From IMG/VR virus record IMGVR_UViG_3300025701_000014, positions 1-55,423 of that record: a DNA stretch of 55,423 nt; one strand, written 5' to 3'. Made by a program: the position numbers and the translations under genes. Each line of letters opens with the position of its first letter. Position 1 is the stretch's first letter. The notes under the pieces are model-generated. The model had not been told where the DNA came from and ran no database searches. It saw only the letters and a program-made list of their open reading frames with translations. The DNA is from a virus. Lineage: Duplodnaviria > Caudoviricetes. Positions 45,639 through 55,423 of the stretch are shown piece by piece.

Positions 45639-45812
45639 TTATTGAAACAAAACAGCTGCAAGCTGCTTAATAAAATCTGACTGATCAGATATATCGGTTT
45701 CTGCGTTTATGTGAATTTGAGTATTATCATCAAAATCAATTTGCATTGACGCTGATGACACCACTGGCTGTACCCTATCCGGGTGCCAGTTTATAAATGT
45801 AATATTAGGCAT
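45639..45812 (-). CDS. Small hypothetical protein (57 aa, MPNITFINWHPDRV...)
   Basis: Hand translation; AAGGA RBS; overlaps the fibre stop codon; not in the ORF track. Confidence 0.65.
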   Translation of the reverse strand: MPNITFINWHPDRVQPVVSSASMQIDFDDNTQIHINAETDISDQSDFIKQLAAVLFQ

Positions 45813-48800
45813 TTTTTAATTCCTTTATTTCGTTCTGTAGGTCTTTAACCTGTTGTGATAATTGTTTAACTGCTTCAACTAATAAACCAGCGGTATTGCC
45901 GTAGGCTACACCATACTGGTCAACATCTTCAGCATATGTCACTAATGGTTTAGCGCCTTCAATTTCATTTACTTCTTGGGCGATGAAGCCAATAACGGTT
46001 TTCTTTTCTTCGTCATCAATACGGTTGTAGTAAACGCCACGCATCTGCTCGACAGTTTCCAGAGCATTATCAATAGTGCGAATGTTCTCTTTCACTCGGC
46101 GATCTGAGTAGGCGGTAATGTTGCCAGTAGAATATATACCACCGCCTTGCTCATATAGTCCGTAAGAGGATGAGGTAGAAGAACCAGCTACCCCAAGACA
46201 TCCGTTATCACGATGGAAATAGGTATACCAGCCCCAGTTACTATTGTACTCGCCCCCATTTCCGCCGCCGTCATACATAGCGGTGGTGACGTTGCCATGA
46301 TCAAGATGAATCCCAGTGTACCCATTTCTTGAGCCAATGATTCTCCAAGTGCCGTAGCTTGTAGCGCCGTTTGGGTAGAAATGTGCGTTATTAATGGATG
46401 GCATGTACAGCCCATGCTCCGCCGTCAACTGAATCCAATTGTTTGCTTGGTAGTAACTATTACCAAACTTGCCAAGGAAATTGTCGGAGTTGTAGCCATC
46501 AAGCAAATCAGCATCTAAGCCTGAGCCTGAGCCATCGTTATATGAAGACCAAAACTCGTAAGCTGTACCGTAGCTAGTTCCCCTATTAGATTGCGAACTA
46601 ATCCACATCCTAGGCTGGCCATTTCTTATAAGGTGTAGCGCGCACATATTTTCTACATCACCGCCGCTATACCCATTTATCCAAAGAGTATCTGACCATA
46701 CATTTGGATAACCAGTCATGGCAACCTTTAGGCCGGTAAGGTAATTAAAGTAGACCTGCGGATTTGTCTGCTGGCCCCCAGCATATAAGGTTGGCAAAGA
46801 ACCTGCCGACCCTGCTGTATTCGCGTAATTTACAGATAGTGCCGAGGGCTGCTGTCCATCCAACAAATCAGCATCTAACCCAGAACCTGAGCCGTCGTTA
46901 CCAGAACCCCAAAGGGTGCCAGCATTATAGTTCATGATTACGTCGCCAGCGTTGAAGTCAAAATCAAGACGGTTACTAGCATTTGTATAAATACCTACGT
47001 GAGAATATCCATTTCGATGTAGACCAATCCCAGCCGTGCCTGAAGTCGCTCGAACCTCTACCTGCAATCCGTTGTAGTAGTTCGAGGGGGAAGCGATGTT
47101 TTGGTCAATTAAAAGCTGCCCTGTAATCTCTTGATCGCCATAAACACTTAGCTCTTTATATGTCCCACCGCCACCGAACCTTACAATTGGAGAGTAGGAA
47201 TTAGCAGTAGAGCTTGCGTAGTCAAGATATAGCGGGAGACCGTTTCCGTCATCACGCTTTCTCAGCCGGTGACGATACTGACCAGTCTGGTAATTCCCGT
47301 CAAAAACAAGACCGTTGCTCGTATTAGACTCAGCGATTGAGCCAGTGAAGACCCTCGCCATGCCAGTGTAGATTTGCTCGGCAGCGAAGGTCTGTGTGTT
47401 GGTCTTGTCAGCGAAAAACGATGATTGGTTCCCATCCAAATAATCAGCATCTAAGCCAGAACCTGAGCCGTCGTTGCTATCACTCCAAAGTTTTGCCCAC
47501 CCGCTAAAGCTCCCTCCAGAGCAGCCTCGGGCAAATATAGTTCCACCTTGGTTATACTGGCCAGCTACCTGTATACCATAAGCATTTCCGCCGGTAGTAC
47601 CATAAGAATTAGTGGTATAGTGTAAAGCATTAAATCCGTGAACGTGGCTTGTACTAGGAGGCAGGTTAGTACTAGACCAGATATCGAAGAAACCACTTCC
47701 TCCATGAAACACCTCATTTGCGCCTATGCCGCTGTGGCCCATTGAGCCTACATGGTAGTTTGCATCCGAAGTGTAATCTATCCGTCGGCTATATGAGTTT
47801 TTAGCGGACAATCCCATGTGGACTTTAAAATCCGTTAAAGTCGAATATCTTAGGTAATTGTCACCAGAAGAGTAGATTCTAGTTAATCTATTTGTTATTC
47901 CAGAATCACCAGAGTCAGTATTAATCCAACCCGCTTGGATGTACCCATTAGCATCAGTTCTAACTACTTTGTTTGCTTCATTATTTCTGCCAGTGTGTAG
48001 TTGAAGTCCGTCTAAAAGATCAGCATCCAAACCAGAGCCTGAGCCATCGTTAGCTGTATTCCATATTTTTGCCCATGCACTTAAACTACCGTTATTATTG
48101 TTTCTGTTATACAAATCTCCCGCAGCGTAGAACGAACCAGCGATTTGATGTCCATGATTGCCACCATAATGCGCCATGTTTACCATGGAATACCAAGTGC
48201 CTGTAGGAGTACCATCGGAATATACATCATAGAACCCAGAGTCAGTGTTTGCACTGCTGCCAAATGCAATGTTGGTGGTGCCTTTTCCATTGCCACCTTT
48301 GACGATATTACTAGCTTGCCACCCATCAACAGTGTCAGCATCTAAGCCTGAGCCAGAGCCGTCGTTGGCTGTAGTCCAGAACTCATGCCAGCCGCCCCAG
48401 TTACCATTCCCCCACTGATTTCTAAACGCTATTCTGTCTAGGCTAGACTTAGCATAAAACTGAAGCCGGACATCTGAGCCACCAGCATCACCGAATTGTA
48501 AAAAGGAACCAGTTGATCCAAATGGGTTATTGGAAATACCACTAGCCGCTTCAGTAAAGTAAACACCGGCATTTACAATGGAATTTAAATTACCTGTATA
48601 ATTAGATGGTACTTTTATATAAGCAGGATTTGAGCCATCAGTCTGAACCAAATACTGTGACATCTGGCTTGCAAAGTGTGCTGGAGTAGACTTTCTTAAA
48701 TAGTTATCGCCAGTGCTTTGAGTCCATATTTGTCCAATAGTAGGGTTCTCAGAGTTTCCAGCAGAGGCATTAAAGTAACTGCCAAGAATATAGTTTCCAT

Positions 48801-51800
48801 AAATATGACCACCGCCCTCACGAACTACGACAGTATTTGCTGTTGCAGATGTGGAAGTGTTGTATCCATCTAACAGATCAGCATCTAAGCCAGAGCCTGC
48901 TCCGTCATTACCTGCGTGCCAAGCGGTGTTTCCTAGAATCTGTAGCCCGCTAGTATTAAACAGCCCGAAAACTGACGAGCCATATCCAAAGTTGTTAATC
49001 GAAGTTGCCGCACCACTAATAGACATTGTGGACGTGTTATCTGAACTTATCCTTGTTTTCCATGAATTGTAATTGTTGGTTGTTACCCCAAAGTAGAGCG
49101 AACTTGAGCCACGAATAGAGGCATTATTTACAATATCTAAATCTAAATTAGTCGTATCCATACCAGAAATGTCTTGTCCGATAGAGATAGCGTTGATATT
49201 GCTGATATTACGGCTTGAGTCTATTACTGTGGTGCCGTTTATTTGATAACCGCCCAAAGCGTTGATAGTAAAGTTATCGCCAGACCCTCTATTGATCGCT
49301 GTATGCCACCCATTCTGCGCAGCATTCAAGATGTTATAGCTTCCACTATTGTAAAAAGTAGCGGACGTCATATGGCTTGATGTACTGATAACGCTATTTG
49401 ACGACAATGTCCCAGTCAAAGTACCGCCAGACAATGGCAGATAATTATGCACATGGTTGGCATTCGCATAGCCCGCAAGCGCGTGATCGCCCCAATCATA
49501 GGCAGCGTTCCAGTTGCTCGAATAGTCTGTAAAAGGCAATGTGTAAACTGTGTCGGTAAAAACAGCCCCAGCAGGAACGTTGGTAAGAACCTGGGAATCA
49601 TCTACTTTATTATCAAGAGCTGTTTGCAACCCAGTAATAAAACTTATTGGGTGACTTGAGGGGTGGGTATAAACTGTATCTGTAAACAAAGCCCCAGCAG
49701 GAACATTAGTTAATACTTGAGAATCGTCAACCTTACCATCAAGAGCAGTCTGCAAGCCAGTGATAAAACTAATAGAGTGACTAGTAGGGTGTGTGTAGAC
49801 CGTGTTTGTGTCGGTGCTGGATATCGTAAAGTTAGGGTATGCTCCAGTAACTGTAGTTGCTCCAGAGCCAAGCAGGGTTACTGTTTGATCCGGTGCAGTA
49901 TTACTGAACACAGTTCCTGTTAACGCCAACCCAGAACCAGCAGTGTACGTAGTGTCGTTATCTGTGTACGAAGTTAAATACCCAGCATCTGCGTGGTTAC
50001 CCCAGCTGTAAGCAGTGTTCCAGTTTCCTGAGTTACCACCGGCAGCATACAGAGTGTTGACCTGCATATCAGCGATAGTGAATGATGCGTCCGTGATATC
50101 AATGTACGGAGAGGCATCGGGCTCTGGCAGGTAACCATCGTAAACTTTCCAGATACCATCTGTAGCATCTCTAAAAATACCAGCATGGGCATAAGTGCCA
50201 TCATTGTACCCGCCAGCAATACCTAGGTCTGGGTTTGTTACAACAGAGCCTTCATTTAGATAAATCATATTATCCGCAATTGCAAGTTCAGTGGCATTAA
50301 CTGTTACAGTAGTACCATGTACCGTTAAGTTACCATCAATCTCCACACTACCTGTGCTATAAACATCTCCAAGAGTGACAGTTCCTGCAAGTTGTGCTGC
50401 AACTGTATCACTGAAGTCTGCGCTTACTGATTTATTTAAAGCATTGCCAAGGAAAAACTTACCCTCATTCAGATTGGGGGTAGCATTAGTACGGCCAGCA
50501 CCGGCAACAAAGATTGTCCCAACAGATGCATGAACTCGCTCAACTTTACCAATGTTCTGAATTAAAGAGTTTTCACCAGATGGTGCAGAACTAACAAGAC
50601 CTCCGGGCACTGTATCCACATAAAGTGTTTGACCAAGGGTGTAAGCACTGGTGTTCATGTTTTCCAGTTGACCATAAGTTACAATATCAACTGCGGCATT
50701 AAGGTTAGCTGTACCTCCGGCCAAACCAAACGCAGGCATCTTGCCCGGATCGTCTGAGTCTGCCTTCATAACAATGGGTGTGTTACCACTGACACCAGAG
50801 ATGTACACAGGAACACCTTTAGTCAAGGCTTCACCTGCTTGCGCTTTAAATAGTTGGTTGCCACGCAAGGACCCAGTAAACAGTGGTGCAGTAACCTCAC
50901 CGGTAAAGTCAGCACCGGTTAGTGGGGCGTAGTCAATCGTATCACTAATAGTAATCCAAACAGAACCTGACCAAACATACATCCCATTGTCAATTGTGTT
51001 AAAGTATAAAGCACCAACAGATAATGGATTGCCCTGATTATCCAGAGTAGGTGCAGATGCATAGTCTCCAAGGTAATGCTTTTCAAAATCTAAGAGATGG
51101 CCTTGAGCAGTTGTAGCACTAGCGGCAGCAGCAGTTGCACTAGCGTCTGCACTTGTAGCACTAGAGGCTGCATTGGCTTCGCTAATACCCGCTTGTGTTG
51201 CACTAGTAGCTGCATCATTAGCACTTGTACTTGACGATGTAGCACTTGCGGCTGCACTTGTTGCGGATGTGGCTGCGCTTGTAGCACTCCCTGCGGCTGC
51301 GGTAGCACTCGCAGTTGCATTAGTCTCTGATGCAGTTGCACTAGTGGCGCTTGAAGCTGCGCTGGCTGCACTGCTTGCAGATGCTAGCGAACTACTTAAA
51401 GAACTAACAGCAGAGCTAGCAGCGTTTGTTGCAGAAGCTTCTGCATTAACCTCAGCGACAGAGGCATCAGTCGCACTTGAGGCTGCGTTGTTAGCAGAAG
51501 ACAGAGAGGCAGCTGCACTAAGACTAGAGGATGACGCACTATCTGCTGAAAGTACAGCACTAGAGGCTGCTGCGGTTTCACTATCAGCTGCATTGTTAGC
51601 TGCGGTTTGTGCTGTTGTTGCGCTAGTGGTTGCACTAGTAGCACTAAGAGATGCACTGAGGGCATCTGCTGCAACAGAAGACTCACTGGCTGCTGCTGCG
51701 GTAGCACTTGTGGCTGCATTAGCAGCGCTTGAGGCTGCTTCATTTGCAGAGTTAGTCGCATTGGTTGCTGCGGTTTGTGCGGTTGTTGCACTGGTTGCCG

Positions 51801-52644
51801 CATTAGTCTCACTGGTCGCTGCATTAGCTGCGTTAACCGCTACGTTATCTTCGCTTATAGCTGCTGCTGCTGCACTTGTTGCCGCTTGCGTTGCGCTTGT
51901 GGCCGCTGCTGTCGCACTAGTAGTTGCACTTGAAGCACTGGTAGCTGCATTGGTGGCACTGGTGGCTGCATTGGTAGCACTTGTAGCTGCATTTGAAGCT
52001 GACGTAGTAGCACTATTGGCACTGGTGGTTGCTGAGGAAGCACTTGCAGTGGCGTTTGACGCAGCTGTTGATGCAGTAGAGGCAGATGTCTGAGCAGATG
52101 TAGCACTCAAGGTGGCACTTGTTTCAGAAGCGGCAGCATTTGTAGCACTATCAGCTGAGGCCACAGCACTATTAGAAGCTTCATTAGCACTAGTGGCTGC
52201 TGCTGTAGCTGAACCCGCTGCATTAGTTTCTGATGTTGCCGCATTAGTAGCACTCGTGGAAGCAGCAGCGGCACTGGTGGCAGCACTGGTGGCTGAAATA
52301 CTAGCTGACGAAGCAGAAGTAGCAGCGTTAGATTCGCTTGTAGCGGCATTGGCAGCGCTTGTGGCTGCTGATGTAGCACTCCCGGCGGCCTCAGTAGCTG
52401 ATGCTGCGGCATTGACCTCAGAGACAGCTGCTTGTGCTGCACTAAGGGCTGCTTCGTTGATGGCTGTGATAGCCTCAGGCGATCCATTCTCCCCAAAGGC
52501 ACTACCGAGTGATGAGTCGTTAGTGACTGTTTGTACCGTAGTGGGGTCTGGCCCAACTACATTGGTTGGGATAATTTGAACTTGATCATCCCCCACGTCC
52601 CCGAAAGAACCTCCGAGGGCAATATCATCTGTTATATCTGACAT
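45805..52644 (-). CDS. Long tail fibre with C-terminal intramolecular chaperone (peptidase S74)
   Basis: Ala/Ser/Thr-rich shaft, six NDGxGSGLDADxxDG repeats, YSDRRVKENI...GFIAQEV chaperone. Confidence 0.92.
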   Translation of the reverse strand: MSDITDDIALGGSFGDVGDDQVQIIPTNVVGPDPTTVQTVTNDSSLGSAFGENGSPEAITAINEAALSAAQAAVSEVNAAASATEAAGSATSAATSAANAATSESNAATSASSASISATSAATSAAAASTSATNAATSETNAAGSATAAATSANEASNSAVASADSATNAAASETSATLSATSAQTSASTASTAASNATASASSATTSANSATTSASNAATSATNAATSATNAATSASSATTSATAAATSATQAATSAAAAAISEDNVAVNAANAATSETNAATSATTAQTAATNATNSANEAASSAANAATSATAAAASESSVAADALSASLSATSATTSATTAQTAANNAADSETAAASSAVLSADSASSSSLSAAASLSSANNAASSATDASVAEVNAEASATNAASSAVSSLSSSLASASSAASAASSATSATASETNATASATAAAGSATSAATSATSAAASATSSSTSANDAATSATQAGISEANAASSATSADASATAAAASATTAQGHLLDFEKHYLGDYASAPTLDNQGNPLSVGALYFNTIDNGMYVWSGSVWITISDTIDYAPLTGADFTGEVTAPLFTGSLRGNQLFKAQAGEALTKGVPVYISGVSGNTPIVMKADSDDPGKMPAFGLAGGTANLNAAVDIVTYGQLENMNTSAYTLGQTLYVDTVPGGLVSSAPSGENSLIQNIGKVERVHASVGTIFVAGAGRTNATPNLNEGKFFLGNALNKSVSADFSDTVAAQLAGTVTLGDVYSTGSVEIDGNLTVHGTTVTVNATELAIADNMIYLNEGSVVTNPDLGIAGGYNDGTYAHAGIFRDATDGIWKVYDGYLPEPDASPYIDITDASFTIADMQVNTLYAAGGNSGNWNTAYSWGNHADAGYLTSYTDNDTTYTAGSGLALTGTVFSNTAPDQTVTLLGSGATTVTGAYPNFTISSTDTNTVYTHPTSHSISFITGLQTALDGKVDDSQVLTNVPAGALFTDTVYTHPSSHPISFITGLQTALDNKVDDSQVLTNVPAGAVFTDTVYTLPFTDYSSNWNAAYDWGDHALAGYANANHVHNYLPLSGGTLTGTLSSNSVISTSSHMTSATFYNSGSYNILNAAQNGWHTAINRGSGDNFTINALGGYQINGTTVIDSSRNISNINAISIGQDISGMDTTNLDLDIVNNASIRGSSSLYFGVTTNNYNSWKTRISSDNTSTMSISGAATSINNFGYGSSVFGLFNTSGLQILGNTAWHAGNDGAGSGLDADLLDGYNTSTSATANTVVVREGGGHIYGNYILGSYFNASAGNSENPTIGQIWTQSTGDNYLRKSTPAHFASQMSQYLVQTDGSNPAYIKVPSNYTGNLNSIVNAGVYFTEAASGISNNPFGSTGSFLQFGDAGGSDVRLQFYAKSSLDRIAFRNQWGNGNWGGWHEFWTTANDGSGSGLDADTVDGWQASNIVKGGNGKGTTNIAFGSSANTDSGFYDVYSDGTPTGTWYSMVNMAHYGGNHGHQIAGSFYAAGDLYNRNNNNGSLSAWAKIWNTANDGSGSGLDADLLDGLQLHTGRNNEANKVVRTDANGYIQAGWINTDSGDSGITNRLTRIYSSGDNYLRYSTLTDFKVHMGLSAKNSYSRRIDYTSDANYHVGSMGHSGIGANEVFHGGSGFFDIWSSTNLPPSTSHVHGFNALHYTTNSYGTTGGNAYGIQVAGQYNQGGTIFARGCSGGSFSGWAKLWSDSNDGSGSGLDADYLDGNQSSFFADKTNTQTFAAEQIYTGMARVFTGSIAESNTSNGLVFDGNYQTGQYRHRLRKRDDGNGLPLYLDYASSTANSYSPIVRFGGGGTYKELSVYGDQEITGQLLIDQNIASPSNYYNGLQVEVRATSGTAGIGLHRNGYSHVGIYTNASNRLDFDFNAGDVIMNYNAGTLWGSGNDGSGSGLDADLLDGQQPSALSVNYANTAGSAGSLPTLYAGGQQTNPQVYFNYLTGLKVAMTGYPNVWSDTLWINGYSGGDVENMCALHLIRNGQPRMWISSQSNRGTSYGTAYEFWSSYNDGSGSGLDADLLDGYNSDNFLGKFGNSYYQANNWIQLTAEHGLYMPSINNAHFYPNGATSYGTWRIIGSRNGYTGIHLDHGNVTTAMYDGGGNGGEYNSNWGWYTYFHRDNGCLGVAGSSTSSSYGLYEQGGGIYSTGNITAYSDRRVKENIRTIDNALETVEQMRGVYYNRIDDEEKKTVIGFIAQEVNEIEGAKPLVTYAEDVDQYGVAYGNTAGLLVEAVKQLSQQVKDLQNEIKELKNA
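49540..49791. repeat. 126-bp tandem duplication inside the tail fibre gene
   Basis: Two copies of HPxSHxISFITGLQTALDxKVDDSQVLTNVPAGAxFTDTVYT. Confidence 0.9.
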
Positions 52645-52653
52645 ACTGACTCC

Positions 52654-53667
52654 TTAAATGAGACCCCCTGCATTGTAGCTGACATGGGCATGACCAGCGG
52701 AGAGTTTACGTTTCTTCTCTTCATTGTTCAGTTCCAGTATTGCTTCTGCAAAACGGGCTTTATATTTTTCTGACTGTTGATCTTCTTGTAAGTAATCAAA
52801 GCATCGATGTAATGCACCAAACAATAAGACACGTTCGTTGTGGTCCTTCAACCAATTACCGACTTCATCTATGTAACGAACATAAGATCCTTCAATTAAA
52901 TCAAAAGTTCTCTGCTCTAACACGGTTAATGCTGCGTACTGTTCAGCCGTTTTAACTTCATACACGGTAGGCTCTGCTGTTGCTTCTGCAAGAGTGAGGC
53001 CAACTGGTAAGTTTCTTCGGGCATCCAAAGCAGCAAGTCTACGGTAATAGAAAAGCTCAACGGTATTACCAACAGCAACACGGTCACCAGCCATTATGAT
53101 TTTAGAACCCTTACGGGTGAAGTAATTGCTATTAAAGGTGTTGTCGTTATAGTCGTAAAATGTTTTAGTATCCACTGTCTCATTGAAGACGGTGTCTGTG
53201 TACGTGCGATGTGCATTGACAGATGGTGTATCTGCTGCGGTAATCACTGCATAGTTTACTTGGTTAGCATCAGTGATAGTCACTGCACCAACTAAAGAAC
53301 CAACAGGTGGTCTTTCAATAGACCCCATAGATCTCAATACGATAAAAGAGATTGTATCGTGAGGGATTGAAAAAGTAGCATTAGCAATCTCAGGGTTAAC
53401 ATCATTGCTTTCATATTGAGCATCTTTAATATTATTGCTCACAGCCACTGAATAAACACCCTCGGATACTTTAAGGCAGTAGGTTAATGCTGTTCCATTT
53501 CGAACAACAAAGTACCTAGAGAACTCCAAAGGTGGGATCTCTAGGTGTCGGTACGCTTCATCTGCGGCGTACCTTAAACTGGATTGAATAATAGAGTCAG
53601 GGAGGACCGTTGCTTCACGGTTAGCCCAATCTCGTACCATTGTTACTAAACTTGTATATGTAGCCAT
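52654..53667 (-). CDS. Head-tail adaptor (tail tubular A-like)
   Basis: MATYTSLVTMVRDWANR N-terminus and NWL...LLFGAL C-terminus. Confidence 0.7.
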   Translation of the reverse strand: MATYTSLVTMVRDWANREATVLPDSIIQSSLRYAADEAYRHLEIPPLEFSRYFVVRNGTALTYCLKVSEGVYSVAVSNNIKDAQYESNDVNPEIANATFSIPHDTISFIVLRSMGSIERPPVGSLVGAVTITDANQVNYAVITAADTPSVNAHRTYTDTVFNETVDTKTFYDYNDNTFNSNYFTRKGSKIIMAGDRVAVGNTVELFYYRRLAALDARRNLPVGLTLAEATAEPTVYEVKTAEQYAALTVLEQRTFDLIEGSYVRYIDEVGNWLKDHNERVLLFGALHRCFDYLQEDQQSEKYKARFAEAILELNNEEKKRKLSAGHAHVSYNAGGLI

Positions 53668-53680
53668 TGGGCTTCTCCTC

Positions 53681-53959
53681 TTACCATTTAACCTTGTCAG
53701 CCCAATAAGCTGCGCTTAATGGTCCCTTGCTTATATTCTTTTGGTGTCGTGCTTTAAAGCTCTTGCGCCGGTTGGCATACGACTTAGACTCACCTTGTTT
53801 TTTCGGGGAGCCAAGGACGCCTTGCTGTCCAAACCGAATTGTCTTAACAGTGTCTCCCTGCTTTGCAACAACAACATGGGACTTCTTTGGGTGGCTTGGA
53901 GTTCTTTTTGGTTTGTTGTATCCACTGACACCTGCCCTCTCTAATCTTTTATCTTTCAT
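53681..53959 (-). CDS. Basic conserved hypothetical protein
   Basis: KTIRFGQQG...RRKSFKARH...SAAYWADKVKW. Confidence 0.75.
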   Translation of the reverse strand: MKDKRLERAGVSGYNKPKRTPSHPKKSHVVVAKQGDTVKTIRFGQQGVLGSPKKQGESKSYANRRKSFKARHQKNISKGPLSAAYWADKVKW

Positions 53960-54200
53960 ACCATTTTCTCCTTTTACCACTTGCAGTCACATCATGTTTA
54001 ATTCGTTTTGAACTAGTCTTCTTACGCTTGCTTCTTTCTTTCTCAGCCTTAGTCATCTTATCGGCAACTGCCTTAGGACGACATGAGGGGTAGGGTCGGT
54101 CGCTATCTTTAGCAGACTTACGCCCGCATGCCTCACCTGTTTTTAAATCTACCCACTTTTCATTAAACCATTTCTTAAGGCCACCTTTATACTTTGCCAT
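53949..54200 (-). CDS. Basic conserved hypothetical protein
   Basis: GLKKWFNEKWVD...CGR...YPSCRP. Confidence 0.75.
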   Translation of the reverse strand: MAKYKGGLKKWFNEKWVDLKTGEACGRKSAKDSDRPYPSCRPKAVADKMTKAEKERSKRKKTSSKRIKHDVTASGKRRKWYER

Positions 54201-54364
54201 TATCGGTAGCCTCCACCACGTTTTTTATATTCCTTAACTAACCAACCATTTGCATAGGCCGAAGGGTAGACATCAAATTTACGCTTTGCTTCGGCTTTCA
54301 CTCTAGCGTAGAGCGCTTTATCTGTTGGGGTGGGTGCGCCCAACGGTCCTTTCCTTTTAGCCAT
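54200..54364 (-). CDS. Basic conserved hypothetical protein (54 aa, DUF5872-like)
   Basis: GGAGG RBS; PTDKALYARVKAEAKRKFDVYPSAYANGWLVKEYKKRGGGYR; not in the ORF track. Confidence 0.75.
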   Translation of the reverse strand: MAKRKGPLGAPTPTDKALYARVKAEAKRKFDVYPSAYANGWLVKEYKKRGGGYR

Positions 54365-54373
54365 ATTAGCCTC

Positions 54374-54688
54374 CTAGTAAGACATTAGTGCAGGGTACTC
54401 CTGCTTCATAATCCTAATCACCCGTTGGACAGCTGCACGGTCATGCATAAAGTCAGGGTCATGGATGTTGATATTGTATTTATTAAGAATCTCTATTGCA
54501 ACAATGTCAGGGATCGTACATGCTTTCTTGTAAGAAATATCCTTGCGGGGATCTCTATAGGCTTCACGATCACGCTTGGCTTGTTCAATAAAAGAACTGG
54601 CATCCTGAGAAAACTTAAAATCACCAGTTGAAAGATCAATACCACCGGACATACCGCCAGAAGTATTGAAGCTAAGTTTAGTATCCAT
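54374..54688 (-). CDS. Hypothetical protein of the head module
   Basis: GAGGTAGGA RBS; ORF track. Confidence 0.75.
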   Translation of the reverse strand: MDTKLSFNTSGGMSGGIDLSTGDFKFSQDASSFIEQAKRDREAYRDPRKDISYKKACTIPDIVAIEILNKYNINIHDPDFMHDRAAVQRVIRIMKQEYPALMSY

Positions 54689-54707
54689 TAGTCCTACCTC
54701 GTATTAC

Positions 54708-54935
54708 TTAGTTTGTCATGGCTACGAAACGACCCGTCTTACCAATGTAACCCAATACTGGATTAACAATAGCGAAGTCATAGCTGCCTTTAATAAACGC
54801 TGCGGAAGCTAACTCGTAGCCACCGTCAACTGAATCTGTAGTTACCCAAACACAATCTTCTGCTGGGATATTGTAGATCACACCTGCTGTAAAAGAACCA
54901 GTAGTAGTTCCAATTGTACCTTTAATTACCATCAT
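54708..54935 (-). CDS. Small beta-rich protein, possible capsid decoration protein
   Basis: AGGAG RBS; immediately downstream of the capsid gene. Confidence 0.55.
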   Translation of the reverse strand: MMVIKGTIGTTTGSFTAGVIYNIPAEDCVWVTTDSVDGGYELASAAFIKGSYDFAIVNPVLGYIGKTGRFVAMTN

Positions 54936-54957
54936 ATCACTTATCTCCTAAAGTAAT

Positions 54958-54989
54958 AAAAAAGGGGAAGAGGCGTTAGCCCCCTCCCC
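54958..54989 (-). terminator. Terminator after the major capsid gene
   Basis: Minus strand GGGGAGGGGGC-TAAC-GCCTCTTCCCC followed by TTTTTT. Confidence 0.85.
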
Positions 54990-55008
54990 ATAGAGATGTA
55001 TCTAAACC

Positions 55009-55423
55009 TTACTTAAGGCCGTAGATTGCACCACAACCCAGTGGGTTCTTAACTTCAAAAGTGTTCTCTTCTACCAGCATGCCAACAGTAGAGTCACCTT
55101 TCTGACCTACATCAACTTCGGCCAGAGGGCGCAAAGAAGCAACTGCAAACCACTGTGGATCGTAGATCAATGCACAAGAGTCTGAGTGGTCATCGGCAGT
55201 ACCGGCAGTGCCAGTGGTCAAACCCATGATGTAGTTAGGGACAACCATCAGGTCACCGAAGTCAGACATGTAGATATCTACAGACTGACGCAGCTTACCG
55301 TCAGAGTCGATGTTGCGGCGAACACCAGAATCGCTAACCATCAGGTCAGAGAAGTCACGGCGCAGCTTAGGAGACAACATGATCTTAGTTGCCTTACCGC
55401 CTTGCTCGTAGATCTTCTGCATG
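55009..55423 (-). CDS. Major capsid protein, 3' part
   Basis: VDIYMSDFGDLMVVPN and GQKGDSTVGMLVEENTFEVKNP; continuous with 1-806 through the overlap. Confidence 0.9.
   Translation of the reverse strand, partial: MQKIYEQGGKATKIMLSPKLRRDFSDLMVSDSGVRRNIDSDGKLRQSVDIYMSDFGDLMVVPNYIMGLTTGTAGTADDHSDSCALIYDPQWFAVASLRPLAEVDVGQKGDSTVGMLVEENTFEVKNPLGCGAIYGLK
55271..55423. repeat. Terminal overlap of the contig (copy 2)
   Basis: Matches 1-153 with one mismatch. Confidence 0.95.

Noticed and set aside
46495-48909. Repeats as a CRISPR array or diversity-generating retroelement
   Set aside because: Repeats are in-frame and degenerate at third positions with 270-530 nt between them; no cas or reverse transcriptase gene and no adenine-specific template/variable pair seen
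51173-52579. Long + strand Ala/Leu/Val ORFs (306 and 155 aa) and the Gln/Pro-rich alternative minus frames
   Set aside because: They are shadows of the Ala/Ser/Thr-rich fibre shaft; biased codons leave other frames stop-free
1-55423. tRNA genes, integrase or repressor
   Set aside because: No cloverleaf or recombinase motif recognised by eye; tRNAscan-SE and HMM searches would be needed to exclude them fully

Overview
The window looks like a complete, circularly permuted lytic tailed-phage genome of about 55,270 bp; positions 1-153 repeat at 55271-55423 inside the major capsid gene. The gene set is podovirus-like. The + strand (about 7.2-24.0 kb) carries small early genes, SSB, glutaredoxin, family A DNA polymerase, exonuclease, resolvase, class II ribonucleotide reductase, a MazG-like protein, primase-helicase, a compact T7-type RNA polymerase and ThyX. 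The - strand carries terminase, portal, scaffold, capsid, tail and fibre, lysis and internal virion genes. The most striking feature is a second, very divergent single-subunit RNA polymerase (1128 aa, motifs closest to N4 virion RNAP) ending the internal-virion gene cluster. Two distinct repeated intergenic motifs accompany it: a hairpin motif GCCACGCAAGCGTGTC (4 copies, all facing early/middle genes) and a T7-style motif TCTCGCTAGTCCCTATAGG (4 copies, two facing late genes). Together they suggest a self-contained two-polymerase transcription cascade. Other notable items are a thermonuclease-like domain on a large internal virion protein, paired E710Q/Y766F-equivalent changes in the DNA polymerase, a switch-like RNA structure after terL and a modular tail fibre. 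All calls come from reading motifs by eye; no database searches were run, so novelty is unverified.
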